A DNA stretch of 63,635 nt, filler included, from Octopus bimaculoides (Eukaryota), in assembly GCF_001194135.2 (NCBI RefSeq). It is 5 parts of 4 records of this genome, joined end to end, with 100 filler letters (N's around TTAATTAATTAA, not from the genome) between each part and the next. Parts side by side here need not be neighbours in the genome. Positions count along the whole stretch, not along the records: positions 24,866 to 46,692 come from NC_069003.1; positions 46,793 to 56,337 come from NC_069000.1; 3 more parts are not named here. The stretch is one strand, 5' to 3'. A program made the position numbers and the translations under genes. Numbering within the stretch: position 1 is the stretch's first letter; each line of letters opens with the position of its first letter. Below, one piece after another: positions 41,991 through 54,192 of the stretch. The notes below the pieces were generated by a model, which saw nothing but the letters and a program-made list of their open reading frames with translations, did no database searches and had not been told where the DNA came from.

Positions 41991-42434
41991 AAGTGATTAT
42001 ACTGTACAGAAAGATAATGATTAAGCCAAAATTAATGTGAGATTCCTGATAATCATTCTTAATCATTGTACGAAGTCGTTGACGCTATAGAAAACACTCG
42101 AAATATATGAAAAGGCAACACTTTATCAATCTCTACAGAACACCGTTAGAGGGCGCTGAGTGTTCCCGAGACTCTGAACGAATGGCGAAGGATGATGTTG
42201 AAGTTTGTTGTTCTCGTTATCATCATTATAATTTCACGGTCGTTTCAAAGATAAAAGACGTTTCCTATTTAAATATAACGAGACAGCTGTAACAGGATGT
42301 TACGTAAATTGATAATAACATTTGCAAGTGTTGAGTAAAAGGTTACCTTTTCTCCTCGAACAGTTACATCTCTATGAACGATCGATAAATCTCGTTTTAT
42401 CTGGCTTCAATATTTGCAACTATTTCATTTTTAA

Positions 42435-42455
42435 TTAATTACAATTACAATTACA

Positions 42456-42522
<67 letters not shown>

Positions 42523-42560
42523 GTAGTAGTAGTAGTAGTAGTAGTAGTAATAGTAGCAGC
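42435..42560. repeat. (ATTACA)/(ATT)n/(AGT)n compound microsatellite
   Basis: Direct reading. Confidence 0.95.
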
Positions 42561-42576
42561 AGTATCATCCTTATCA

Positions 42577-42800
42577 AGGCAGGAAGGTAACAGATTCGCT
42601 AGCACGCCGGTCAAAATTCTTAACGGCATTTCGTCCGTCCTTAAGTTCTGAGTTCAAATTTCGCCGAGATCAACTTTACCTTTCATTCTTTGGGTGGTGG
42701 TTGGGGTGTCAATGAAATAAGTACCATTTGAGCATTGGAGTTGATGTAATTGACCATCCCCTAACCACTACAAAATTTCAAATCTTGTACTTACGATACA
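42577..42800 (+). mobile_element. SINE family A copy
   Basis: Full head (CAGATTCGCTAGCACGCCGG...CTGAGTTCAAATTTCGCCGAG) and tail. Confidence 0.85.
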
Positions 42801-42804
42801 TAGA

Positions 42805-42855
42805 ATTCTTCTTCTTCTTCTTCTTCTTCTTCTTCTTCTTCTTCTTCTTCTTCTT

Positions 42856-42886
<31 letters not shown>

Positions 42887-42915
42887 TGATGATGATGATG
42901 ATGATGATGATGACG
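42805..42915. repeat. (TTC)n(ATG)n compound microsatellite
   Basis: Direct reading. Confidence 0.95.
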
Positions 42916-43019
42916 TTGATGATTTCCCATTTCTCGTGGTATACGAATTCATTTAGACATTTTCGTCTTTCATTACTTTTTCCATATTCGTATTTTATGG
43001 TAGCATTTTCTCTTTTATT

Positions 43020-44450
43020 AATAATGAGAACAGAAAACGCCTTGCTGTACGAAAAGAAGTGCTAGAAGATAGACAGGAGAAAGTCCCGGAGATAGAAGGA
43101 CAAATGAAATTGATTTCATACTATTAAGCATCCCAAATATAATCCAGGAGGTGAGTGAACATTGGAAGGGGCCACAGACTTGTCAAACACAAAAGACAAA
43201 TAAACACAATTGAAGAAAGCAAGAAAAAACTAAGGAAGTCTCAGAGAATTTGCATGGAAGATCTCAATCCAAAAGACTCATAAATTCCAGTTAGTATTGA
43301 AAAATAGATTTGATACACTTCGGGGCAGGATAAACTACAGTTATACCGAAGGGATAACGAATCTTATTGTTGAGACAATAAAAAATTACACCTAAGGAAA
43401 ATACAACAGAAAAAAGGCAAAAAGCCAAACATTGCCGAGAGATATTATTATCGAATTTCATGAATATCCGAAGAAGAATGAAATAAGATTCATTTCACAA
43501 TGCATGGCACATACTGAATTACATAAAACAATAAGGAAAAAACATAGAGAAAAGAAAACAGTCAAATATGGAGATGATGAAGAATACGACTGAAAACTAA
43601 GTAACAGATTGCTATAGGATATGATACAATCATTTAGCCTAAATGATAAAGACAGAAAGGAACTTAGAGATGTTAGAAGAAAGAAAAGAGTTCTATGAAC
43701 GCCTATATCAATCAAGCAAAGAAGCTTCTCGAACAGTAAATTCAAAGGAAAGGGTCCCAGACATTTAGAAAGCAGAAGTTAGAAATGCTATTAAGGAAAT
43801 AAAAAGCAATAACACTGCAGGTCCAGATGGGATTGTAATAGACATAATAAAAGTGGTTGGGCAAGCACAAAGAAAGAAGTAGATTAGCAATATACAAAAT
43901 GTCTACATGAACATATGATTCCGGATAAGTGGAAAAATTCCGAATTGAACCTTCTTTTTATAAAAAAAATGGGATGCCAAAGATATAAAGAACTACAGAC
44001 CAATCAGTCTACTATCACACATCTACAAAAGCTCATAAATCATATGAAATGGAATCGAGAGTAGGCTGGATGAGAACACTACCGCAGAGCGGGCAGATTT
44101 CAGGAAAAAAACTATATACATGCAATAAACCAACTGAGGGAAATATGCCAAACTAACAACACACCACTATGCTTAATATTTGTAGATTTTGAAAAAGCTT
44201 TCGATTCCGTAGAAATTGATGACATACTAAGAGCACAAGAAGAAAAAGGAATCGAATGAGACACGTGAAGTTATTAGAGAATGTGTACACCAACTGTAGA
44301 ATTACAGCGACTATAAACAACAAAGCGATATCAAAATTGGCAAATGAGTAAGACAAGGTAATAGCATGTCATTCAAATTATTCACATCTGTAGTAGAAAA
44401 GAATTTTAAAAACTTATATTGGTCAGATAAAAGAAGAAAAAAATAAACGG
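43020..44450 (+). mobile_element. Decayed non-LTR retrotransposon (RTE-like) reverse transcriptase region
   Basis: RT motifs appear in order with frameshifts and stops: AGPDGIV (43817), KNYRPISLLSHIYK (43988-44029), PLCLIFVDFEKAFDSVE (44164-44214) and GK*VRQG (about 44340). Confidence 0.9.
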
Positions 44451-44834
44451 ATTTGGCGGAAAAGTACATTTTGGCAGAAGGCATTATCAGTGAAACATTC
44501 ATTCCTTGTGTATAACGGAAACACCTTTAAGTTAATGAAGTTCATAATATGACCATTGTTTTTCCTGTGTCATCTCTGTCTTATTACTGCTCTACACTCA
44601 TCCGAAACATGTATATTTAGCTCTACAGCAGATTATTAGACTCGCAGTGACTAAGTGAATTATTAAAATATATATCTACACACCTACCTATATATGTATA
44701 TATCATCATAAATATACAGGGATTAGCAATTGAGTTGCTTCTCCAACATACTGAAAATTTAGAAATAGCAGTCAAAGAACTACTGATTCCAAACTACAAA
44801 TTTTCCTCTAAAGCGGATGGCGATGTATATATAT

Positions 44835-45323
44835 ATAAATTTATATAAATAAGGATAAGATCGATATCTAAATATCGATTTTATCAAGTGGCCAGCATAG
44901 GAATAAAAACCATCAAAAGTAACAATTATTTAAAATTATAATTTAGGGTATCTAAGAGATACCGCCATGCTGAAAATAGCAGTCAAATCTTGACTCTAAA
45001 CCACAATAAAATGTTCATATGGCAAACAGGAGCGAAGACGAAGAAAATAAAATAAACTAGCAAAAGTTACTGGATAATTCCAGATCCTGGATTTCTGGCT
45101 TTGCATTTTGTTTTCTTCGTCTTCGCTCCTGTGTGCTATATGAACATTTTATTGTGGTTGAGAGTCAAGATTTGGCTGCTATTTTCAGCATGGTAGTATC
45201 TCTTAGATACCCTAAATTATAATTTTAAATAATTGTTACCTTTTATGGTTTTTATTCCATTGCTGGCCACTTGATAAAATCGATATTTAAATATCGATCT
45301 TATCTTTAATTATATAAATTTAT
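44835..45323. repeat. About 490-bp near-perfect palindrome (foldback element)
   Basis: 44835 to about 45050 is the reverse complement of about 45100-45323 with scattered mismatches; the central spacer is short. Confidence 0.92.
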
Positions 45324-46019
45324 TTCGTCATTATATTTACTGCGGTGATATTCTGACCATATCGCACGAGGAGTTCTTAGGCGGGAAATTTAAACTGGTC
45401 GTGTGTATACGTGCATATATATGTATGTATACGTTCGTATATGTAAGTATATCGAATGTTTTATATATATATATATATATATTTGTATTCATGTGCTTTT
45501 ATGTGTGTATTCCACTGATGAGGCNNNNNNNNNNNNNNNNNNNNNNNNNNNNNNNNNNNNNNNNNNNNNNNNNNNNNNNNNNNNNNNNNNNNNNNNNNNN
45601 NNNNNNNNNNNNNNNNNNNNNNNNNNNNNNNNNNNNNNNNNNNNNNNNNNNNNNNNNNNNNNNNNNNNNNNNNNNNNNNNNNNNNNNNNNNNNNNNNNNN
45701 NNNNNNNNNNNNNNNNNNNNNNNNNNNNNNNNNNNNNNNNNNNNNNNNNNNNNNNNNNNNNNNNNNNNNNNNNNNNNNNNNNNNNNNNNNNNNNNNNNNN
45801 NNNNNNNNNNNNNNNNNNNNNNNNNNNNNNGTGCGTTGACTTGAATCGTTGGCTGTAGTAGTACGACCTTTCCACTTTGCTAATTCTATAACAACGCAAC
45901 TTTCAGCCAACGTCAAAAAAAGAACTTCATTTTATTAGAAAATTCGGGCCAAGTTTAAACACCCTGGGCCAGTAACATTAAAATCATATATTGGTTATCC
46001 CAAAAAGAAAAAAAGAATC

Positions 46020-46076
46020 CTACAACTCCACCACCACTGCCACGATAACTACCACTACTGCAAACAACGGTCCCTG

Positions 46077-46134
<58 letters not shown>

Positions 46135-46460
46135 GACCAACGGTCTCCGTTACTGCTGCTATTACAGTCACTACTACTACTACTACTTCTACGACCAACA
46201 GTCGCTGATACTACTGCTATTACGGTCACTACTACTACTGCTGCTTCGGCCAACAGCCACTGCTACTATTGCTATTACGGTCACTACTACTACTACTACG
46301 GCGACGACCAACAGTCTCTACTACTACTGCTATTACGCTCACTACTACTGCTGCTAACTCCTCTACAACTACAACCAATTAACTACTGCTGCTTACACGG
46401 ACAGAGGTCACTCCGTTTACCATTACCAACATGGTCACTACTACTAATACTACTACAGCC
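46020..46460. repeat. (ACT)n-derived higher-order minisatellite
   Basis: The motif CGACCAAC.GTC...CTGCTATTAC.GTCACTACTAC recurs about four times at roughly 55-65 bp spacing. Confidence 0.75.
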
Positions 46461-46869
46461 AACGAATCGAGTCAACGCACTAAACAGCCCCCACGTGGAC
46501 ACTGTTGACACCAGTAAGAAACAATTATGAACTTTTCTTTTGATTACATTTTTTTTAAATATGTATTTTTGATAAGATTCCTTTTTTCAAGAACCGAAAC
46601 ATGTAAAATATCTCTCAGAAAATTATAAATTAAAATTTATTTTGTATAGTGGCGTTTTCGAACTTCTTTTTTGTAAATATATGCCCACTCGTNNNNNNNN
46701 NNNNNNNNNNNNNNNNNNNNNNNNNNNNNNNNNNNNTTAATTAATTAANNNNNNNNNNNNNNNNNNNNNNNNNNNNNNNNNNNNNNNNNNNNCCGGAAGA
46801 ATTGGTGAAGCGGAATAAAAGCTGTCGGACCAATATCACCCATAATTACGCCACCAACACCCACAGAAA

Positions 46870-47360
46870 ACTATAATAAATGAGGTGGGGGCAGAGAGTA
46901 GAGGAGGAGCAGAAAGAAGGAGGAAATGAACGAGGGGAAGGAGGAGGGGAGATGGAACGGAGTAAGAGAGGAGGAGGAGAGGAGGGGTAGCAGCAGCAGT
47001 AGCAGCAGCGGAAGAAGAAGAAGAAGAAGAAGAGTCACGAATGCTGGGAAGACAATCAGTTTTGGTAAACAAAGACGAAAGGAAAATGAAAGTAAGAGAG
47101 GTGAATAGGAAAGAAATGGATGATAGAGAGAAACAAACAGAATGAAATGAAGGAAAGATATATGAAAACCTGGAAGAGAGGAGGGAGACAGACAGACAGA
47201 GACAGACAAAGAGAGAGAGAGGGAGAGAGAGAGAGGGAGAGAGAGACACAAAGAGAGAGAGAGAGACACAGAGAGAGAGAGAAGGAGACAGAGAGACAGA
47301 GAGACAGAGAGACAGAGAGAAAGAAAGAGAGAGAGAGAGAGACACAGAGAGAGCGAGACA

Positions 47361-47440
<80 letters not shown>

Positions 47441-47511
47441 GACAGAGAGAGAGATAGAGACAGAGAGAGAGGGGGAAATGGATGGATAGATAGACAGGTT
47501 GATATATACAT

Positions 47512-47582
<71 letters not shown>

Positions 47583-47690
47583 AAATGTTTAAAAGTGTAG
47601 ACATGGTAAAATATACTACAATAAATATTCTTATGCCGGCTATCACTATTACTTGCGAGCAAGAAGATAAATAGATAGATAGATAGATAG
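46870..47690. repeat. Purine-rich compound tract: (GA)n/(GACA)n/(GAAA)n/(GATA)n
   Basis: Direct reading. Similar tracts occur at 25120-25400 and, pyrimidine on plus, at 52540-52985. Confidence 0.93.
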
Positions 47691-47821
47691 ACGTGTGTGT
47701 ATATGTGGGTATGTATACGTATCTATGTATATACATATGTATGAATACATATATGTGTATATACAGGGTCTTGCAGATAAATTGTGACAATTTTTACTGT
47801 TTATAAATACTAACATATGAA

Positions 47822-47868
<47 letters not shown>

Positions 47869-47873
47869 TATAT

Positions 47874-48255
47874 GGCGCAGGCGTGACAATATAGTAAGAA
47901 GCTTGCTTCCCACCCACATGGTTCTGGGCTCAGTCCCAATCCTTGGTACCTTGGGCAAGTATCTTCTACTATAACCTCAGAACGACCAAAGCCTTGCGAC
48001 TCGATTTGGTAGACGGAAACTGAGAGAAGCCCGTTTTATATCTATACAACTATCTGTGCGTGTGCGTTATTGTCTGTGTTTGTCCACAACGACCGTTTGT
48101 GTGGTGTGTTTACGTCTCGGTAATTTACCAGTTCGGCAAAAGGGTTGATAGAATAGATATCAGACTTTAAAAATATGAATCAATTAAAGATTTTTTTAAT
48201 CGATTCATTCCATTAGAAATTCCTTAAGGCAGTGCCTCGGCATGGCCGCAGTGTG
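47874..48255 (+). mobile_element. SINE family B copy
   Basis: Head GGCGCAGGCGTG...CCTTGGGCAAGTA; tail ends GCAGTGCCTCGGCATGGCCGCAGT. Confidence 0.85.
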
Positions 48256-48448
48256 CCGTAGGTGGTTTATTTTCCTTCTTTGGACTTTCCCCATTCTCCT
48301 TTCCGACAAAGAGCCATGCTCGAAACGTCAAACTCTTTCTTTTCACTGAGCATCAAGCTCATACATTTCTTATGTCCGTCCTCATGTTGTCAATTTTTAT
48401 TCGTTTATTTGAACTGCTTGTTTATTTGAATTGACAACACACACAACA

Positions 48449-48503
<55 letters not shown>

Positions 48504-48509
48504 GCGCAC

Positions 48510-48548
<39 letters not shown>

Positions 48549-48554
<6 letters not shown>

Positions 48555-48708
48555 CAAAACAGTTTGAATCAACCTCCTTGGTACTCCGAGTTTCAAGTGT
48601 GATGCTAATCTTCAGCTGCAGGACATTCACATGTCCAACGGCAGAGGATTAGCATCACGTTTGAAACTCGGAGTACCAAGGAGTTTGAAACAAACTGCTT
48701 TGATCTAT
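48549..48708. repeat. 160-bp palindromic hairpin
   Basis: Arms ATAGATCAAA.CAGTTTG...CTCCTTGGTACTCCGAGTTTCAA..GTGATGCTAATC are inverted, with an inner stem GGACAT-tcac-ATGTCC. Confidence 0.88.
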
Positions 48709-49533
48709 ACACAAAACTCCCAATAAATGTGTTGAGGGCCCNNNNNNNNNNNNNNNNNNNNNNNNNNNNNNNNNNNNNNNNNNNNNNNNNNNNNNNNNNN
48801 NNNNNNNNNNNNNNNNNNNNNNNNNNNNNNNNNNNNNNNNNNNNNNNNNNNNNNNNNNNNNNNNNNNNNNNNNNNNNNNNNNNNNNNNNNNNNNNNNNNN
48901 NNNNNNNNNNNNNNNNNNNNNNNNNNNNNNNNNNNNNNNNNNNNNNNNNNNNNNNNNNNNNNNNNNNNNNNNNNNNNNNNNNNNNNNNNNNNNNNNNNNN
49001 NNNNNNNNNNNNNNNNNNNNNNNNNNNNNNNNNNNNNNNNNNNNNNNNNNNNNNNNNNNNNNNNNNNNNNNNNNNNNNNNNNNNNNNNNNNNNNNNNNNN
49101 NNNNNNNNNNNNNNNNNNNNNNNNNNNNNNNNNNNNNNNNNNNNNNNNNNNNNNNNNNNNNNNNNNNNNNNNNNNNNNNNNNNNNNNNNNNNNNNNNNNN
49201 NNNNNNNNNNNNNNNNNNNNNNNNNNNNNNNNNNNNNNNNNNNNNNNNNNNNNNNNNNNNNNNNNNNNNNNNNNNNNNNNNNNNNNNNNNNNNNNNNNNN
49301 NNNNNNNNNNNNNNNNNNNNNNNNNNNNNNNNNNNNNNNNNNNNNNNNNNNNNNNNNNNNNNNNNNNNNNNNNNNNNNNNNNNNNNNNNNNNNNNNNNNN
49401 NNNNNNNNNNNNNNNNNNNNNNNNNNNNNNNNNNNNNNNNNNNNNNNNNNNNNNNNNNNNNNNNNNNNNNNNNNNNNNNNNNNNNNNNNNNNNNNNNNNN
49501 NNNNNNNNNNNNNNNNNNNNNNNNNNNNNNNNN

Positions 49534-49577
<44 letters not shown>

Positions 49578-49578
<1 letters not shown>

Positions 49579-50055
49579 TACAAGCGTGGGTGGTAAGAAG
49601 CTTTGCTTCCCAACTACATGGTTCCGGGTTCAGTCTCACTGCATGGCACCTTGGCCAGGTGTTTCTAATATAGCCACGGGCCGACCAAAGGCTTGTTAGT
49701 GGACTTGGTAGAGGGAAACTGAAAGAAGCCCATCGTATATATATATATATGTATGTATATGTGTCTTCGTGTTTGTGTTGGTCCCCGCATCACCGCTTGA
49801 CGACCGTGCAGGTGTGTTTACGTAACCGTAACTTAACGGTTCAGCAAAAGAGGAATTTCTCCATATGTAGATATGTGTGTGCTTTTGTGGTTGTGTTTGT
49901 ATACATCCCCCTTATCTTATCGGTTCGACAAAAGAGACCTGTAAGATAACCACCAGACTTTAAAATAAGTACTGAGTTCGATTTGTTCAACTAAACCCTT
50001 CAAGCGGTGTCCCAGCATGGCTGCAATCCAATGACTGAAACAAGCAATAAATATA
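49578..50055 (+). mobile_element. SINE family B copy
   Basis: Head, central microsatellite and tail all present. Confidence 0.85.
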
Positions 50056-50094
50056 AGAAAGATAATGTTCGAGCAGCTGAAAAGCTCGAAGTTA

Positions 50095-50942
50095 CATAAT
50101 GTAATTATGTTGTTGTTGTTGTTGGCACTCCGTCGCTTACGACGTCGAGGGTTCCAGTTGATCCGATCAACAGAACAGCCAGCTCGTGAAATTAACGTGC
50201 AAGTGGCTGAGCACTCCACAGACGTGTACCCTTAACGTAGTTCTCGGGGGATATTCAACGTGACACAGTGTGACAAGGCTGACCCTTTGAAATACAGGTA
50301 CAACAGAAACAGGAAGAAAGTTGTGGTGAAAGAGTACAGCAGGGTTCGCCACCCTCCTCTGCCGGAGCCTCGTGGGGCTTTAGGTGTTTTCGCTCAATAA
50401 ACACTCACAACGCCCGGTCTGGGAATCGAAACCGCGATCCTCTGACCGCGAGTCCGCTGCCCTAACCACTGGGCCATTGTGCCTCCACAANNNNNNNNNN
50501 NNNNNNNNNNNNNNNNNNNNNNNNNNNNNNNNNNNNNNNNNNNNNNNNNNNNNAATTATGTTGTTGTTGTTGTTGGCACTCCGTCGCTTACGACGTCGAG
50601 GGTTCCAGTTGATCCGATCAACAGAACAGCCAGCTCGTGAAATTAACGTGCAAGTGGCTGAGCACTCCACAGACGTGTACCCTTAACGTAGTTCTCGGGG
50701 GATATTCAACGTGACACAGTGTGACAAGGCTGACCCTTTGAAATACAGGTACAACAGAAACAGGAAGAAAGTTGTGGTGAAAGAGTACAGCAGGGTTCGC
50801 CACCCTCCTCTGCCGGAGCCTCGTGGGGCTTTAGGTGTTTTCGCTCAATAAACACTCACAACGCCCGGTCTGGGAATCGAAACCGCGATCCTCTGACCGC
50901 GAGTCCGCTGCCCTAACCACTGGGCCATTGTGCCTCCACAAT
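50095..50942 (-). mobile_element. Two identical tandem copies of SINE family C (50095-50490 and 50554-50942) separated by an N gap
   Basis: Minus-strand head TGGCCCAGTGGTTAGGGCAGCGGACTCGCGG...GGTTTCGATTCCC and tail GTGGAGTGCTCAGCCAC...CGGAGTGCC(AAC)n; the two copies read the same. Confidence 0.9.
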
Positions 50943-50999
50943 TACATTATGTATACAAGCAACAAAAAACATAGCCTCCTACGATGCTAGGAAATGTAG

Positions 51000-51737
51000 T
51001 GCAAAAGCTGCAGGTAACCATGCACAACCGAAGCATATTTTCGCTACTTAAAAATCAAGCTATGTAAACTAAAAGATAGAGTATACCTAGATTCTCCCTG
51101 GGGATCCACATTTGCGACATTCTATACTGTTATAAGAGAAACTATATAAGCTAGGATCTATACGATTAATTCAAAACCTTCTCATCAACAACACATCACA
51201 AACGTGAAAACTCGAGATGAAGTTACAAAGGACTGGTGTAATTTATAAATTCGTTTGTAAACGTGAAATTTGTTAATTTCATGATTCCGAATGTGATATT
51301 GGCCACACTAACTCAGCACTGTCCCGTAGACTAACCATGCATTTAAAACAAAACAAGAAACAATTGCAAATGCACTACACTGCACGTCATAAAACAATGC
51401 TACAAAGAAAACGTTAACAGACAATACATACATAGAATTCCCCATAAAAAATAGACGATTAATCATGGAAAAATATGAACACAGACAACATACGTCACAA
51501 ACAGGATAACCACGTGACTGTTGACAGGTAACTCTAACAGCCAAAATACCAGCTTGATCATCTGGAATTCTAACGGACAAATTCTTACAGTCGCCACTTT
51601 CAAAGAAACAGTACAAAAGCCAACATCTCTTATCCGAATGATGATTTTGAGAGCCGACTTTAAAAATGAACATACAAGAGTTTAAGACAAAATAATATCC
51701 CAGTGTCACTCTGATGGCAAGCACTGCTCTCTCACTC

Positions 51738-51740
<3 letters not shown>
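51000..51740 (+). mobile_element. Decayed Penelope-like retroelement, GIY-YIG endonuclease region
   Basis: From 51235 the frame reads GVIYKFVCKREIC*FHDSECDIGHTNSALSRRLTMHLKQ, matching the PLE pattern (V/I)YKF.C...YIG.T...LSRRL..H. It contains in-frame stops and ends at an (AAT)n tract. Confidence 0.7.
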
Positions 51741-51803
<63 letters not shown>

Positions 51804-51919
51804 CACTATTAAGCTAAAATACAGTCGTGTTCTCAACATATGAAAGAAAAGAAGAAAAGCTGTCCTCAGATAGATAGATAGATAGATAGATACACACATG
51901 CATACATGTATATTACAGT

Positions 51920-51959
<40 letters not shown>

Positions 51960-52124
51960 AAGTATGAATGTTTGAATGTGTGTTTATATATATATGTGTG
52001 TGTGTAAGTGTGTGAGTATACATTTAAACATGTATATGTATGTGTATGCGTGCGTGTGTAATTATGTCTATTCATATTTGTACTTCAATAAATACACACA
52101 CAGACACACACACAAATGCATACT

Positions 52125-52169
<45 letters not shown>

Positions 52170-53129
52170 TGAAACTTGCTGTCAGACGTACACAGGTAGG
52201 CAAAACACACACACATCTACGTACACAGGCATACACATTTACATGGATAAACATATACATACGCACTCATTGACACGCATGGATACATACACAAAGAAAT
52301 AACAGCCACACACGTACCTGTATGTATGCAGACACAGATACAAACGTGTGTTTACAGACACACACACACAGACATTCATGTGTAGACACAAACATATAAA
52401 CAGAGGTGCTGACGTAGAAATACGGGAATCACACAAACACCGACCAACTCACACATACACACACACGCGCGCTCAAGCACACATACACACACACACACAC
52501 AAATACACACACACACATACTATCAACCCCACCGCTCGTTCTCTTTCTTGCTCGCTCTCTTTGTCTCTCCTTCTAACTCTCTCTATCCCAGTCTTTCTCT
52601 CTCTCTCCCTCTCCCCTGCTTTCCCTCACTCGCCTTCTCTCTCTTTCTTTTTCTTTCTCCCCATTCTCTCTCTCTCTCTCTCTTTCTCTCTCACCTGCTT
52701 TCTCTCACTTACCGTCTCTCTCTCTCTTTCATTTTCTTTCTCCCCCTCTCTCTCTTTCTTTCTCTCTCACTTGCCATCTCTCTTTTTCATTTTCTTTCTC
52801 CCCATTTCTCTCTCTCGCTCTCTTTATTTTTCTTTCTCCCAATCTCTCTCTCTCTCATTTTATTCTTTTCTCTCTGGCTCGCTCTCTATCTTTCTTTCTC
52901 TCCCTCCTTTCTCTCTCTCTCTCTCGTTCACTCTCTTCCTCTCTTTCCTCTCCTCTCTTATCTTCTTTTCTCTCTCATTCTCTCACAAGTATACACACAA
53001 CAGCCAAATGTACGCACACACAAACATTCATACAAACACACAGACACAAACCGCCACAAAAGAAAATCAATAGAAACGCTAAACAAGTAATTGCTTGCTT
53101 TTATCCATTTATTTATCTAACAAGTTAAT

Positions 53130-54170
53130 GTCACTCGCTTGCCAGTTAACGTCTCTACCGAAACAACTGACGTCATTATCATAGCAATAGACGTCACTAA
53201 CAGGTTAATGCCTCTTGCTCGCCACCTAACGTCTCAACTTGATTCAGTGACGTCATTAACCTATCAGCTGACGTCACAATCTAACAAGTTAATGTCAATT
53301 GTTTGCTGTCTTATGAATCTACCTGAACAGCTAAGACATTATCATGCTGGCTGGCTTCACTACCTCACAATTTAATCTCTTGCTCGCTAGCTTGCTCGCT
53401 AGCTTGCTCGCTAGCTAATGCCTCTCTTTGTACCCGAGCGAGTGACGTCATTATTATTCTGGCCGACGTCACTGTCTGACTGACAAGTTTGTCATGCGAT
53501 TGCCAGTACCTTCTCAACCTGAACAAAACCTTGCCAGTTATCATCGCTACCAGGATGTCGTTAAAATACTGACGTCATGATCTCGCAAGCCGTCGTCACT
53601 GTCTAGCAAGATGACGTTACTTTCTGACGAGCCGACGTCACTATCTAAAAAACTGAAATTACTAACAAGCTAGCATCGCCAGTTAATCAAACTAATGCCG
53701 CTCGCTAGCCAGTTAATGTCTGAATATTTCACATCATAATCATTTCAGCTGGTATCACTATCTTACAAGGCGACTTTACTATTAACAAGCTGGCATCGTC
53801 ATCTAAGAAACTGACGTCACTAACAAGCTAACATCATTTGATTGCCTGCTAATGTGTCTGAACAATTAACATCTAATGTTATCACATACTTCCTATTTAT
53901 GCGTCTCCCGAGCTAATGAAGTAGATTATCTGACCTGCTGACTTCGGTGTCTAGCAAACTAATGTTATTAGCTTCCCACCTAATGTCCTTATGTGAACAA
54001 AGGCGTCTTTATTTTACCATCAAACATCGTCACCTTAGCAGCTGGCCTCACACTCTCACAAACACATACCATCGTAAGTTGCCTGCTAACTTTTCTCTCT
54101 GAGGTCATTATGTTACCTCATCTATGGTTATTATTTTACCAGCTGACATTACCCCTTTAAATTAACAATT
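53130..54170. repeat. Degenerate tandem array rich in TGACGTCA
   Basis: Recurring unit like CTGACGTCACTAACAAGCTAATG..CTCGCCAG. Perfect TGACGTCA occurs at 53168, 53248, 53269, 53443, 53570 and 53812. Confidence 0.75.
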
Positions 54171-54192
54171 GTCATTAATTATGCATACAAAG

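Noticed and set aside
45514-45524. CTGATGAGGC at a gap edge
   Set aside because: The rest of any motif is hidden by Ns, so it is untestable.
45991-46530. 179-aa Thr/Tyr/Leu-rich ORF suggesting a mucin
   Set aside because: The Thr-rich register shifts between frames along the repeat, and there are no splice signals; it is simple-repeat derived.
2231-52436. Dozens of ORFs rich in YI/CV/HT/LS dipeptides or X runs
   Set aside because: They are translations of (TA)n, (TG)n, (CA)n, (GA)n microsatellites and N gaps, open only because the repeats lack stops.
53130-54170. CRISPR-like or coding repeat array
   Set aside because: Units are degenerate and irregularly spaced with no repeat-spacer alternation, and the frames contain stops.
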